Notes under the pieces: model-generated
What the model saw: the letters and a program-made list of their open reading frames with translations, nothing else
Told to the model about the DNA's origin: nothing
The model's database searches: none
Source: Chrysemys picta bellii
Lineage: Eukaryota
Assembly: GCF_011386835.1 (NCBI RefSeq)
Contig: NC_088796.1
Location: 9,796,001-9,860,000, forward strand
Length of the DNA: 64,000 nt
Direction: 5' to 3'
Made by a program: the position numbers and the translations under genes
In this document: piece after piece, positions 28,227 to 40,515 of the stretch
Position numbering within the stretch: position 1 is the stretch's first letter
How the letters are laid out: each line of letters begins with the position of its first letter

Positions 28227-28511
28227 GGCTACATCTACACTACAGGGTGGGGTCGATTTAAGATATGCAAATTCAGCTACGTGAATAGCGTAGCTGAATT
28301 CGACGTATCGCAGCCGACTTACCCCGCTGTAGGGACGGCGGCAAAATCGACCTCTGTGGCTTCCTGTCGACGGCGCTTACTCCCACCTCCGCTGGTGGAG
28401 TAAGAGCGTCGATTCGGGGATCGATTGTCGCGTCCCGATGGGACGCGATAAATCGATCCCCGAGAGGTCGATTTCTACCCGCCGATTCTGGCGGGTAGTG
28501 TAGACCTAGCC
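28227..28511. mobile_element. Harbinger-like palindromic MITE nested in the RTE
   Basis: TIR ggctacatctacacta / tagtgtagacctagcc; 3-bp TSD tca; CpG-rich internal hairpins. Confidence 0.8.
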
Positions 28512-31281
28512 TCAGACTATCTTCCCTTACCACAAGGCTCCACCTCTTTGTTCCACAACTCATCTTTTGTCCCCCACTAGCCTTTTCACCCAGAAGTCCA
28601 TTGCACAGCAATATAGATTGCTTATGATTTGCTCTCCTGGCATCAGTTTAGTTTCTCTCACATTTTTAGATTACTTCCTTACAAGAGGAAGAGATCTAAA
28701 AGTGTGAGAGAGACTAAACTGAACCCAGGAGAGCAATTTACAAACAATTGACCTCGGACCTGTTGGCACCACACTTGTGTGTAATTAAATGCTCTTCCCT
28801 CTTTACAATCAGGCCATGGGCTCTGGCTAACTCTAAGATAGTCCCACCAGCTTCATTTCTGGTTCCAAAGTCTCATCCTCCATGACTGTCATTGTAGTCC
28901 CCACTGTGTTCTTCTACATTCTGTGGAGATCTGCTCCAATAATTAAGTACTCTGCTCGTGGTACTTCACTTGTCACTGGGTTCAGCACTCTCTGGAATTC
29001 TGCCTTCTCCTCAGTCATACAACCAACCTGCGGTGCACATCTGCATTAAAAAACACAAATATTTGTTCTCTGTCAGTACTCTTCTAACTTTCATTGACCA
29101 GTTGCTCTTCTTTAGGGTGACCACTAGCTTGTCCTGTAATACTTCTGCTACGATTGTTCCTACTCTGTTCCTCCTTGCTACTGAGCCGCGATACATTATC
29201 TTGTAACCCTCTTTAGTGTTTGTGGATTTTGACCCCTTCCATTTTATTTTTTGTATGCAGGCAATATGCACTTTTCTTCTTTTCAGCGTCTCAGCTACTT
29301 CTCTTGATTTCCTAGTCATTGTTTCCACATTAAGTGAAGCCAAACACAATTCTTGGGCTTGCTGCTTCAGCTGCATGTGGCCTTAATGAGGTGGCCTTTT
29401 CCTATTTTCCACAGCTGTCAGGTGAAGCGGTTGCACGTTTGCTTCCTGCGGATGCCATGGCATTATAGTAATATGCTCCCTGAAGACAAAGACCCATAAA
29501 GCATGTGTGTTTGGCACATTTTTTGGCACACTTTTACAAACTGCCTGGCCAGGCCTGATGTTCTTGGGTTGAAATCAGAGTCCGTTATCCTAGGTGGACT
29601 GCCTGCCATGGCGAGTGAGCCCACCTGCCCAGATACTCACCGTTCACACTCCCATTTTCAACTAAGAACAACTCTGCCGTGAGAAGGCAAGTGATAGTTT
29701 AGCTGTCAGAGGCTATACATTATGCTAATCACATGAAGTATTTTCTTGGTAGTGAGAGCTCATCCCCAAAGCCACCTAAACTATGACAGCTCTTTAGGAG
29801 GCCCTGTCTGTCTACAGCTGCACATAAAATTAGAGGCAGAGTCGGGGAGATTTTTACAAATCAAAATAGCAAGCTCTTTAGCCAGGATAAGAATGACCTT
29901 GTCCCAACAGACTTGCCCACTGTTTAGGAGAGGACAAGGAGCTATCTGTCATCTATGGATCACACTACTGCTGTAGTTGTTAGTTGGTCTGTAGGGCAGT
30001 CACCTTCCTCTCTGAGACAGCTCCAAAGCACGGCAGGACCCTTAGTTGATCCTGGCAAACTAACCACCTACTGTTTGGAGAGCAATTTGTCTTGCAACAA
30101 GAGCTTTGACAGATGGTTGCTGTTCACCCTTAGCATGCTGAATCTTTGTGGGAATGTAATGCTTAATTTTCTAGACTGATTCTGGATCAATATTTTGTAT
30201 GTAGCAGAACAGCTACTTCAGCAATGTATTGGAAGTCAGCCTTTGACATGAGGTGGTGGTTTTTTTTCAATTAAAAACAAAACAAAACAAAACACATTTG
30301 GGATGTCCAGCATGGTCCTATTTAAAGCAAGCAAGATATAATTCATGTTCTGCCTAAAAGAGAGCCAGAATTTAGATCCAGTCTTTCAGAAGGTGCCATC
30401 GGTGTCCAAGTGCACTTAGAATTGAGTGGCCACCATCTTCTCAATCTCCTCCCCCAAGAAAGAGGTTGTAGACTAGTCAGTAACTAGCAAGCTCTGCAGA
30501 ACCAGAAAAAAATGTCTTGAGGAAGGATGGGGCCTCTGTGCTTTTGAGTCTAAGTAGCATCTTTTGGCCTCAGTCATAGCTTTTTTTCTACAACCTCATT
30601 AAGTCCTTGTGTAGAAGAATAAGGAACTATATTTTTAAGAGAAAAAGTAAGGTAGCAGTAGATGACGTGAAAACCACAGCCTCAGAGCACTTACTGCAAA
30701 CAGCTGTAATGAAATTGATCAATTAAAAATCTCCATTGTGTACCTGATTTTTATTTCATTTTTATTTGAGAGGCTTGATGAATTACAGTAGATAAATTTA
30801 TTCATGTAGATAATTGAACTGCAGCTCATTTTATGAGGGGTGAAACTGCAAACCGAATTAAATTAGTTCTTTTAAAAGACCATTTAAAATTGTTACTTTT
30901 GCTAAATTAATTGAGAAAGCAGTTAATTGGTTTGAAAATGCCCTATCCCTAGCATTTCTTTGACATGTATAATGTAGTTGAGTCTTCCTGGTTTTTTTTT
31001 TTGTTTTTTGTTTTTTTGTTTTTCTCTTCTGGTCAGTTTAAAATGTTTTGCTCCCTTTGTATGGTGCTTCGAAGTTTAGATCAGATGTGAACAAACTTAA
31101 TTTCTGCATTTACCCCGAATTAGAGGATAGAATGATTTAAAAAAAAAATCTACCAGGGTCCGTTCGATTTGTCTTACTACTTCTCTCAGATTTCCCATGG
31201 AGTGCTATAGCCTCTGTGGATGAATGGAATCTAGAAATTGCATAAAACCTGGAAGTCCGATGGTCAAACTTCTGGTAAGTG

Positions 31282-31464
31282 AAAGGTTTCAGAGTAGCAG
31301 CCGTGTTAGTCTGTATCCGCAAAAAGAAGAACAGGAGGACTTGTGGCACCTTAGAGACTAACAAATTTAGTGCATCCGAAGAAGTGGGCTGTAGTCCACG
31401 AAAGCTTATGCTCTAATAAATTTGTTAGTCTCTAAGGTGCCACAAGTCCTCCTGTTCTTCTTTT
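31282..31464. mobile_element. Penelope pseudo-LTR fold-back insertion (family A) containing a hammerhead motif
   Basis: Perfect 48-bp arms 31322-31369 / 31417-31464; 12-bp TSD ttctggtaagtg at 31270-31281 and 31465-31476. Confidence 0.85.
31372..31411 (+). ncRNA. Putative minimal hammerhead, U4C variant core
   Basis: GCAT-CCGAAGA-A-GTGGGC(TGTA)GTCCAC-GAAA-GCTT-ATGC. Confidence 0.6.
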
Positions 31465-31879
31465 TTCTGGTAAGTGGGGGCAGTACGTTCTTGATGCAGA
31501 GTCATAAACTATGGAACATAATATTTGAGTTCCAAATGATCCCTATTGGAGCAGTCTTCAGAGCCTATTGCAAAAACCACTATTTTGCAGATGTCTGCCT
31601 GCATTCAAACATTTGGGTGAGGAAGTGGCAAGTCCGCTAGTTTATGGTTTAGTTTCTAACAAGATAGTCTCTTCTGATTTTTATTGAAAATTTAATTTAG
31701 TACCTAGATTTAGATACTATGGGTGCATTAGGTTAGAAGGCTAAAAAGCAAATGAGAGAAACTATTACAAATGAGTTTACTCACATGTAGAGAAGGATTC
31801 CCAACTTAGATTTGTTTCAGCGAAGTTGAGTATTCGATTTGTTCTAGTGTACTGGTTCATGGCAAATTTCCTTTTCCAG

Positions 31880-32008
31880 AGTGCCCTAATGCCTGCCCAG
31901 TTATTCTTCAAGACAGAAGATGGAGGCAAATATCCTGTAATATTTAAACATGGTGATGATTTACGTCAAGATCAACTTATTCTTCAAATTATTTCACTCA
32001 TGGACAAG
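31880..32008 (+). CDS. PIK3C3: PIK3C3 exon (~17), [43 protein letters not shown]
   Basis: cag|AGT, AAG|gtgat; 129 nt; kinase [10 protein letters not shown] motif. Confidence 0.98.
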
Positions 32009-32331
32009 GTGATGAGCATTAAACAAGTGTTTCTTAATCTCACTATTAAACATCTGTTTTATTGTTTATACAAGCTGAGGAAATTGCTCTTAGTTAAAAC
32101 CCAGAAAACACAAGATATTAATGCAGCTTAATTCAGTACTCTTTTATTGTAGCTGTTACATTCCAAAGAATTCCCATTCTTACAAATATTGTTTTAATGT
32201 CCTCTATGGACTAAGAAGATATGAGCAAAAAGACTTTCACTTATGACAGGTCTGAACTAAATTTCCTCAAAAAGGAATAAGTTAATGTATTAAACCACTT
32301 CACAACCTAGCCTCTTTTTAAAAATGTTTGA

Positions 32332-32544
<213 letters not shown>

Positions 32545-32759
32545 TAGTGTCACAGGAGGGTACAGCTGACTTCAGGTTGTAAGATTTCTTTAAAACAAAC
32601 TTGAGCAACTTGCTTAAAAGCAGATTAGTGTTTATTCTTTACCTTCTATTTCCCTTTTCCAGCTTTATTGTCAAGTGCTTGTTTTGCCTCACCTACTGCA
32701 ATGAAAACCTAGGACAAATTGTGAAAGACAGGTTGTCATTGTTTCAGAGCTAGCTGCAC

Positions 32760-32930
32760 CTCTGTTCCCGCTCTGATCTTTGAGGATACTTCTACACAGC
32801 AATAAAAAAAAAAAAAAAAAAAAAAATGGTGGCATAGCTGAAGCTGGCCCAGATCAGCTCACTTGGGCTCGTGGGGCTCAGACTGTGGGGCTAAAAACCG
32901 CAGTGTAGTCATTCGGGCTTGGGCTGGGAC
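32760..32930. mobile_element. Harbinger-like MITE remnant with polyA tract
   Basis: cttctacacagc...gcagtgtag termini resemble the other Harbinger-like MITEs. Confidence 0.4.
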
Positions 32931-33099
32931 CAACAAAAAGTAAAGATGTTACATTATGAATTGCACTTCAATAACTTATTTTGACAAGGGTTGAGATTTC
33001 ATTGAGTAATAGTAAATGTACTGTGTTATGCTTAGTAGAACTAGTTACATCTCCATAATAGGAGACCTTACAACTAAATTTAGGATGAAAACTAGTAAG

Positions 33100-36000
33100 T
33101 TCTTCTTTGAGTGATGGTCCCCATATGGATTCCAGACATGGGTGTGCATGTGTGCCATGTGCAAGAGCTGTAAGCTATCGACGTCCGGGTCAATGCCGTT
33201 CCAGTTCCGTCTTACCACCGCATGGCCAGAGTCGGAACCCCTGTTCCTCGCTGCTCTTAGCTCTGCTAAGAGAACTCTTATCTGTTTATTCTCACCTATA
33301 TATAATGGTTAGCATGTTCTCATTGTATATAGTAGTTCTTGTACAGTTTTAGTTAGTTAGGCTCCCCTATCGGACTTCTTCTCGTGGAGGGGAGAGAGTC
33401 CCTCCTTTACCCATACCCTTGGTATTATGCCCCAACAAGCTATCTTGAAGAACCTTGCTTCATGCCTGCATTCCTTCTCCATGGGCATTGAGCACCAGTA
33501 GTGTCTACTGTCTCGGCGAAGTCCATGTCATCATCTGCTGTTCCATCTGCCGCTCATTCCCAGCTCGGACTCGGTAGGGTAGGGGACTTTGCCTCCTCAC
33601 ATTTCTCATGGAGGAAGCTATGTACCCAGGTGTGCAGTTGGATCTGGAACTGATGGATCCACCGAAATGGTACCCATCGCTACTGGTGAGTGACCCTCTG
33701 GCTTCCTCCCGTGTATTGGAACCCTCAGTACTTGCTGCATCCGCTGAAGCCCTACTGTGAGCATTAGAAACCCAGACATGGACATCAGGGCGCCTCCCCG
33801 ATGGGGACTGCTTCTAAGCACAGCGTTGCCTCCCTGAGCCGTGCCCAGTCAGGTGAGAAGTACCACGCCGAGCTGGCTGCTGCGGCTCCCAAGAAGTCCC
33901 AGACAGAGTATAAAACGAAACACCTATGCAAGCCGTAGGTGCTGCTTCCCATCCTGACCCCCAGTCTGCCGCCATCTTCGCCGCCAGCACCATCTATGCC
34001 GCTGGACCCTTTCGGACTGGCATGCCTGGCTCCCACACTCCAGGCCTCCTGGAACTGCTGATGCCCACAGCCAAGTTCATTCTCTCATATGCGAGTTCCT
34101 TGTCCGTGGAAACTTCACAACTTACTTCTCCGGCAGATGAACCTCTCCTACTCCTTCTGGAGTGGCGCTCCTCTTCCACCCACGCACCAACAGAACCACC
34201 TCTACCAGATCCATCCTCTGAGCCTGAATGGTTTTCCACACCGGACCCCTTCTCCCCTGCGCGTTCTCACAGCCCGGATCGCAGGCACTACCCACCCTAG
34301 CCATATGCCTATGACCCTTGCACTGAGCCGTGGTTCCATTGCCCCAGGGCCTGCTGATGCATGGCAAACTCTATGCTTGGCCCTACTGGCCTCAATGGGA
34401 CCCCACGTGGATTGTGGGGTATCACTGCTGCCATATTACTGGCCGTCCCCCTGCTTGCACCATGTCAATGATGGGTATGATGAACAGGAGGAAGAGGTCA
34501 TCGTGCAATTGGTACTGCCGGTTCCCATTGGAGCCTCATCGTACCCGGGCAAGGCACTAATTCCACCTTCTCTTTCCCCTCCGGATGACCATCACCAGTA
34601 CCACAACCTGCTTTGGCGCATGGTGGAGGCTCTCAGCCTTATGGTGGAGGAAGTCCAGGACCCGCAAAACCAACTCTTGGATATCCTTCTTCCACCTGGA
34701 CCCTCCCACACTGCCCTCCTTATCCACTTGACCATCATACAACCAGCACAGTCAGTCTGGCACATGCCTGTCTCCTGTGCCCCTACAAGAGGAAGCAGAT
34801 GCCCTGCTCTGGAAGGGCGCCATAGAGCATATTTCCTGCCATTATCAGGGCTGAGGGTTCTATTCCCCCATTTCCTTATTCCCAAGAAGGGGGTGGCCAA
34901 TGGCCCAATCTGGACTTCCAATTGCTCAACAAGCTCACCTTAAGTTCTGATTCCGGATGGTCACGCTCCCCCTCCATTATTCCATCCCTCCCCTGAGGCT
35001 TCTGGTTCATGGCTCTCAATATGAAGGATGCTTATTTTCACATTGACATCCACCTGGCTCATCAAAAATGTCTCCATTTCATTGTAGGGCACTCCCATTA
35101 TCAGTTCCGGGTCCTCGCCGTTGATATTGCCACCACTCCACATGTGTTCAAAAAGATTTTCACTGACATCACCGCCCACGTATGCCACCTCTGCCACTCT
35201 GTGTTTCCCTGCCTGGACAATTGGCTCCTCGTTGTGATGTTGCACACATGCCTCCTTTCCATGCCCTTTGTGATCTCTTCACTCACCTGGGTATCTGTAT
35301 CAACGAGGAAAAGTCAGTCCTCGTCCTTACCCAAGCTATCACTTTTACTGGGGTGCACTTGAACTCTGTTGTGGGACGTACTTTCCTCCTGCTACCCTCA
35401 CCTCTCTCATCATGCAGCTACACTGCAATCCAAGGATGTGACTCCATAATTGCCTTTCCCTCTTGGGCCACATGGCGACCTGCACCTCTGTAACATCCAA
35501 TGCCCACCTCCTTATGTGCTGCCTTCAACTCTGTCTCTGGTTGATCTACAGACCTCAGATGGACCATTTAGACAAGCCACTCCTGCTTCCCCACCTTGTC
35601 CTGTCCTCCTTCATGTGGTGGACCAACCTGTGCACAGTTTTGGTCCACATCCTGTTTGCCCCTCCCATTCCCCACACCACTCTCACCACAGATGCCTCCC
35701 TCAAGGGTTGGGGCATCCATCTGAATAGTCACACTACCCAGAGAGGTGAGGATGCACATCAACGTCTTGGAACTCTGCACTGCCTATCTGGCCTGTCAGG
35801 CGTTCCTCCCTCTCATATGGTCCCGGCACCTTCAGCTGCTCTCCGACTACATGATGGCAGTTGTGTATATCAACAAACAAGGTGATGCCAGGTTGCCCTC
35901 TCTCTTTGCAGAACTGTCCACCTCTGGAACTGATGCATCAAGTGTGGGATCACACTGCACACCATGCACCTTCCTGGCAGACACTTTCAGCAGGTCCTTC

Positions 36001-37020
36001 TACACGAATCACAAGTGGGAGATCCATGATCCCATGCTTCACTTCATCTTACCCCGGTGGGGCACCCCATATTGGGACCTCAGAAAACTGTAGATTCCCC
36101 CTTTTCTGCTCCAGAGGGACCCTTGGAATTGGCTTGTGGGGTGACGTCCTCCTCCTGCCTTCGACCTCCGAAGTCCGCACACCTTTCCACCCTTCCCTCT
36201 GCTCCCGCAAGTCCTGTGCAAGGTACGACGGGATCGAACTATGGTCATCCTGATCGCTCCCTTTTGACCTCGCCAATACTGGTTCACCGACCTCCACCTC
36301 TCCGTTTGTCCTCCGATCCACCTTCCATCAACCCCCCATGGACTGTTCCTCCATCTTCACTCACCTGACCATCGTTTGCTTCCTTAAATGCTTGCTCAAT
36401 GCCTTTCCGCTGGAAACCCCTCTTGGAATATGTACATCATCCTTTCTGCCCTCACTAAACAGCCCTTTGATCCCCTCCTGATCTGCTCCCTCGCCCACCT
36501 CTCCATGAAGATGATCATCTTAGTGGCCATCATCTCGATGAGGCGCACTAGCACCTTCACCACTTGCTACGCCATCGCCTCAGCAGTGGTGATAGATGCG
36601 GCTGTCAGCCAAGCCGTCCTCCAGACTGTGACTTCACGTGACTCCACGCACCCACCTTCACACTGAGCACTGCTCGCCACTCTCCCATGTCTGGAATCCA
36701 TATAGGGACCATCACTTGAAGAAGAAGAAGAGGAGGAGGTTACTTACTGTAAACAGAGGTTCTTTGAGATGTGTGGTCACTATCTGGATTCCACCACTGC
36801 CCTTCGTGCCCGCTTCTGCAGACTCCTTTGCTTTCAGATAAGAGGGGTACTGAAGCGGTGTTGACCTGCACAGCCTTTTGTAGCAGACATGCAGATGATG
36901 CAAGTGCGGGTCAACAAACACTACTGAACAGTTTTGGCTCTGGTGCATGTGCACCCATGTTTGGATTTCAGACAGACACCACACATCTTGAAGAACCTGC
37001 AGTTAAAGTAAGTAACCTCC
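33100..37020 (+). mobile_element. DIRS1-like element, 3.9 kb, both termini, decayed gag-like/RT/RNase H/MT/partial YR
   Basis: Left end 33100-33140 is complementary to ICR 36686-36724; 36735-36792 is complementary to right end 36961-37020. RT MKDAYFHIDIHLAHQK..YQFRVL, FPCLDNWLL; RNase H TTDASLKGWG, HINVLEL, AVVYINKQG; YR QPFDPL..LVAIISMRR. Confidence 0.9.
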
Positions 37021-37204
37021 TCTTTCTCCTATATTTGTATCATTGAAGTCTTTAAAATATCTCATGATCCATTTGTATTGAAATCCACTAGAATCTACTG
37101 TTTTCATACAATTTTGTTCTATCCTTAAAACAGATTGAGTAAAGTAAATATGATGACTATTTGTACAGTCTTCTATAGTAGGGTCTATTTTTATTCATAA
37201 CAAG

Positions 37205-37347
37205 AAGCAAGGTCTGGGAATGAAGAGACTCAAGTTCTAGCTCCAACTTTGTTGCTAGCTTGCTGCCTAGCCTTGAGCAAGTCATGTAACATTTCTATAT
37301 GCTTCTCCATGCATAAAATGAGGATAATGGCTACCTTCTTAACAGGG
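37205..37347 (+). mobile_element. CORE/MIR-like SINE
   Basis: gttctagctcc..ccttgagcaagtcatgtaac..ataaaatgaggataatg matches the CORE-SINE body. Confidence 0.6.
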
Positions 37348-38070
37348 TGTGACACTTTTCCTTCCTCTGAATGCCACCAGATGTGCTTGGATGCCACTGA
37401 GTCGGCCTATTCTGCCAGCCTGGGTCCCCTTTACCTGGTCTTGCTGGGCTAGGCTCACAAGCCTCTTCCAGCCAAGCGCACAGGCAGGTCCACACCCAGC
37501 TGCACAGAGAGAGACAGAGATCCGCTCTGGAAAGATTCAGCCTTAGGGGCTTGCCCCAGCACTCTGGGTTTGTCGCCCTTAAAGGAGTGGGCACCAAAGG
37601 TTTTATGAGTACTTGTGGCACCTTAGAGACTAACAAATTTATTAGAGCATAAGCATATGCATCCGAAGAAGTGGGCTGTAGCCCACGAAAGCTTATGCTC
37701 TAATAAATGTGTTAGTCTCTAAGGTGCCACAAGTACTCCTGTTCTTTTTGCGGATACAGACTTACACGGCTGCTACTCTGAAACCTGTCAAAGGTTTTAT
37801 GAAATCCGCCCCCTCCCTTAATGTGGAGGAAGATCTACACAACTTCTTGTCCCCCAGTTACAAATTACATCAACTGAGTTTTAGATTATAAAAGGTGAAT
37901 TTTAAGTGGTAGAGGTAACAAACAGAACCAAGCAGATTACCAAGCAAATAAAATAAAGCACTAAATTTGATTCACTAAAGAAATCGGTTACAAATAGTCA
38001 TTCCTCACTCCAGATATTGTCTTCGGTTGATTTCTTCACAAGCCAGATATCTTTCCAGCCTGGGTCAAGC
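37348..38070. mobile_element. Probable solo LTR hosting a Penelope insertion
   Basis: Starts tgtgac; shares blocks (ccactgagtc..ttctgccagc, gcagattac.aagcaaat, tcactaaagaaat.ggtt) with 41818-42385; right end uncertain. Confidence 0.5.
37609..37788. mobile_element. Penelope pseudo-LTR fold-back insertion (family A) with hammerhead motif at 37659-37698 (CCGAAGA core)
   Basis: 48-bp arms 37607-37654 / 37691-37738 with 1 mismatch; 14-bp TSD caaaggttttatga at 37595-37608 and 37789-37802. Confidence 0.85.
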
Positions 38071-38244
38071 AGTTGTGGTGTTGTGACAAGTATATTTAAA
38101 ATTTACTACAGGCTATGTTTACTGGCAAAACCTTGCTTGCTGTCTGCAGTGGAGTAAAAGGTGCATAGCTTTATTTCTTCACCAAAGTTGTGTTCTCCTT
38201 ATTTTACACCTTCAACTACTGAAGATACTGCTTTCTTTTCACAG

Positions 38245-38309
38245 GTTTCATGCAGTTTATTCAGTCAGTCCCGGTTGCTGAAGTTCTTGCTACTGAAGAA
38301 AGTATACAG
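38245..38309 (+). CDS. PIK3C3: PIK3C3 exon (~19), FMQFIQSVPVAEVLATEESIQ
   Basis: cag|GT, CAG|gtata; 65 nt, phase 1-0; hinge region. Confidence 0.96.
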
Positions 38310-38958
38310 GTATATGATCTGGTATCTCTTCTTTTTTCATTCATTTGGGAACAGTGTCTTCATATTGCAGATCTTTTGCATGAGTATGCAGCATGGATAT
38401 TTAATGACTGTAAAATTAATATTGTTGAAGAATTCAGGATAAGACTCAACTAGTAACTGATAGTTATTGGTCTTGTTCTGCACTGCTTTGTTTTCTAGTT
38501 GTAGGTCTGTTATAGGAGTTCATAGTAGCAAAAACTTTAGAACAGTCAGTTGAGATACATACCAGTGCTTTTTGTTACTGAAAACTCCCACACTAGCATC
38601 AACTTCCTGGACACCACAATCAGCTTCAACAATGGACCCTATGGATAACCATGTACAAGAAACCCACTCATCAGCACACCTACCTTCATAGATCCAGTAA
38701 CTACCCAAACACACTAAGAAATCTGTTATCTACAGACACTCAGATATTACAGAATATGCTCCACGAGAAAGTCCAGGTTATACACCTTAACATGCTCAAA
38801 ACCACCAACCAAACATACTTCACCAGAGAAGTAGATTGCATCATGGAATGCACCACCCAAATACTCTGAGAACCTGCTTCAATACAGAAATAATATTCTC
38901 TCCAACTGTACATCCTTTGTTGTCACCTACTACCTCACACTGGAATCCATACGTGGTA

Positions 38959-39535
38959 CACCTCTACCCCGATATAACGCGGTCCTTGGGAGCCAAAAAA
39001 TCTCACTGTGTTATAGGTGAGACTGTGTTATATCGGGATAGGGAGAGGAACCGCTTTTACCGGCTTGCCACGCCAATCAGCTGTTTGGCCCGGCAAGCCT
39101 GGAACGGGGGAGGGGGGAAGCGGAGCGGTAGCGGCACGCTCAGGGGAGGAGGTGGATATGAGCTGGAGCGGTTCCTCTGCGCTCCCCCTCACCCCCCCGT
39201 TACTTGCTGCAGCCCTCCCCGCGCCCCCCAGCTCACCTCCGCTCCGCCTCCTCCCACGAGCGCACCGCAGCTCCGCGCTTTCCCACCCCCCACCCCCCGG
39301 CTTGCCGCGCCAATCAGCTGTTTTGTATGGCAAGCCTGGGAGGGAGGAGAAGCGGAGCTGAGCGGCGTGCTCATGGGAGGAAGTGGAGGCAGAGGTGAGC
39401 TGGGGCAGGGGAGCCGCAGCAAGTGGGGGGGGGGGGGGGCGAAGAGGAACCGCTCCCCATCCCAGCTCACCTTTGCTCCTCCTCCCCCTCCCACGAGCAC
39501 CCTGCTCAACTCCGCTTCTCCTCCCTCACTGCATT
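38959..39535. mobile_element. Tc1/mariner-pogo-like MITE, right end deleted
   Basis: Follows a TA inside the Penelope ORF; left end cacctctaccccgatataacgcgg; GC-rich body; no right TIR. Confidence 0.6.
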
Positions 39536-39759
39536 CTTGAATGAACTCTCACAGGAAAATGATAAAAGACAAAAACACCATATGACCTGTGGGTGAACAC
39601 TTTTCATAAAACAATTACTTTGTCTGACCCATCTGTCCTTGTCCTCAAAGGAAACCCGCACAACGCTTTCAAAAGATAAGCCTGGGAGCTTAAATTCATA
39701 ACTCTGCTAAACATTAAAAATCATGGACTGAACACAGACATGGGATTTATGGCTTATTA

Positions 39760-40055
39760 CAGTGGTAGGCAATCTATGGCACGCGTGCCGAAGGCGGCAC
39801 CCGAGCTGATTTTCAGTGGCACTCACGCTGCTCGGGTCCTGGCAACCGGTCCAGGGGGCGCTGCATTTTAAATGAAGCTTCTTAAACACTTTAAAAACCT
39901 TATTTACTTTACATACAACAATAGTTTAGTTATATATTATAGACTTATAGAAAAGACCTAAAAACGTTAAAATATATGACTGGCACGCGAAACCTTAAAT
40001 TAGAGTGAATAAATGAAGACTCGGCACACCACTTCTGAAAGGTTGCTGACCCCTG
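39760..40055. mobile_element. hAT-type MITE nested in Penelope
   Basis: TIR cagtggtaggcaatc / ggttgctgacccctg; 8-bp TSD gcttatta at 39752-39759 and 40056-40063. Confidence 0.85.
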
Positions 40056-40515
40056 GCTTATTACAACAATCTATAACCTGCTAACCCCATCTTTTTGTCC
40101 TGGGACTGCAGAGGTCACAGGCCACTCTACCTTGAATGGTCCTTTAGATTAGAATATGTGCTAACTATTTATGCTGAATAATTTGTTCCACCTTGCATTT
40201 TAGATGTGATACTGAGTACGTTTATCTGAAGAAGAGCTCTGTGTGGCTTAAAAGCTTGTCTCGCCACCAGAAGTTGGTCCAATAAAATATATCACCTCAC
40301 CCACATTTTCTGTCTAATATCCTGGGATTCTACACTACATACTAAATTCCCAAGGCATACCAGAGCAGGACTTTCTCCTGTACAGCACTTCAAAAGCCTG
40401 CACTTTTATACCTTACAGTATCGACAAGGGCCCTTCACTTCTGTATCCTGACCATTTTCAGTAAGATAGGGTACTAGCCAGTTAACTGATAACTTTGCTG
40501 CACATCCTTGAATGG

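Larger units (their letters stand above)
26030..29420 (-). mobile_element. Decayed RTE-clade LINE (Expander-like)
   Basis: Minus ORFs: APE LASLNVETMTRKSREVAETLKRRKVHIACIQKIKWKG; RT HQGSALSPFTFVIAMD..PWSILCDND; C-terminal IRSAMMYGSECWP. Ends approximate. Confidence 0.8.
38540..40330 (+). mobile_element. 5'-truncated Penelope-like element (RT thumb, GIY-YIG C-terminus, pseudo-LTR), interrupted by two DNA-element insertions
   Basis: INFLDTTISFNNG, MYKKPTHQHTYLHRSSNYP; VLVLKGN..WELKFITLL..KNHGLN; pLTR CTGAAGAAGAGCTC..AAGCTTGTCT..gttggtccaataaaa. Confidence 0.85.

Noticed and set aside
28227-28511. Repeated palindromes suggesting CRISPR or REP arrays
   Set aside because: No regular repeat-spacer periodicity; bounded by TIRs and a TSD, so a MITE
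33926-34943. Ser/Pro-rich ORFs as an independent gene
   Set aside because: Position between the left ITR and RT identifies them as decayed DIRS ORF1 sequence
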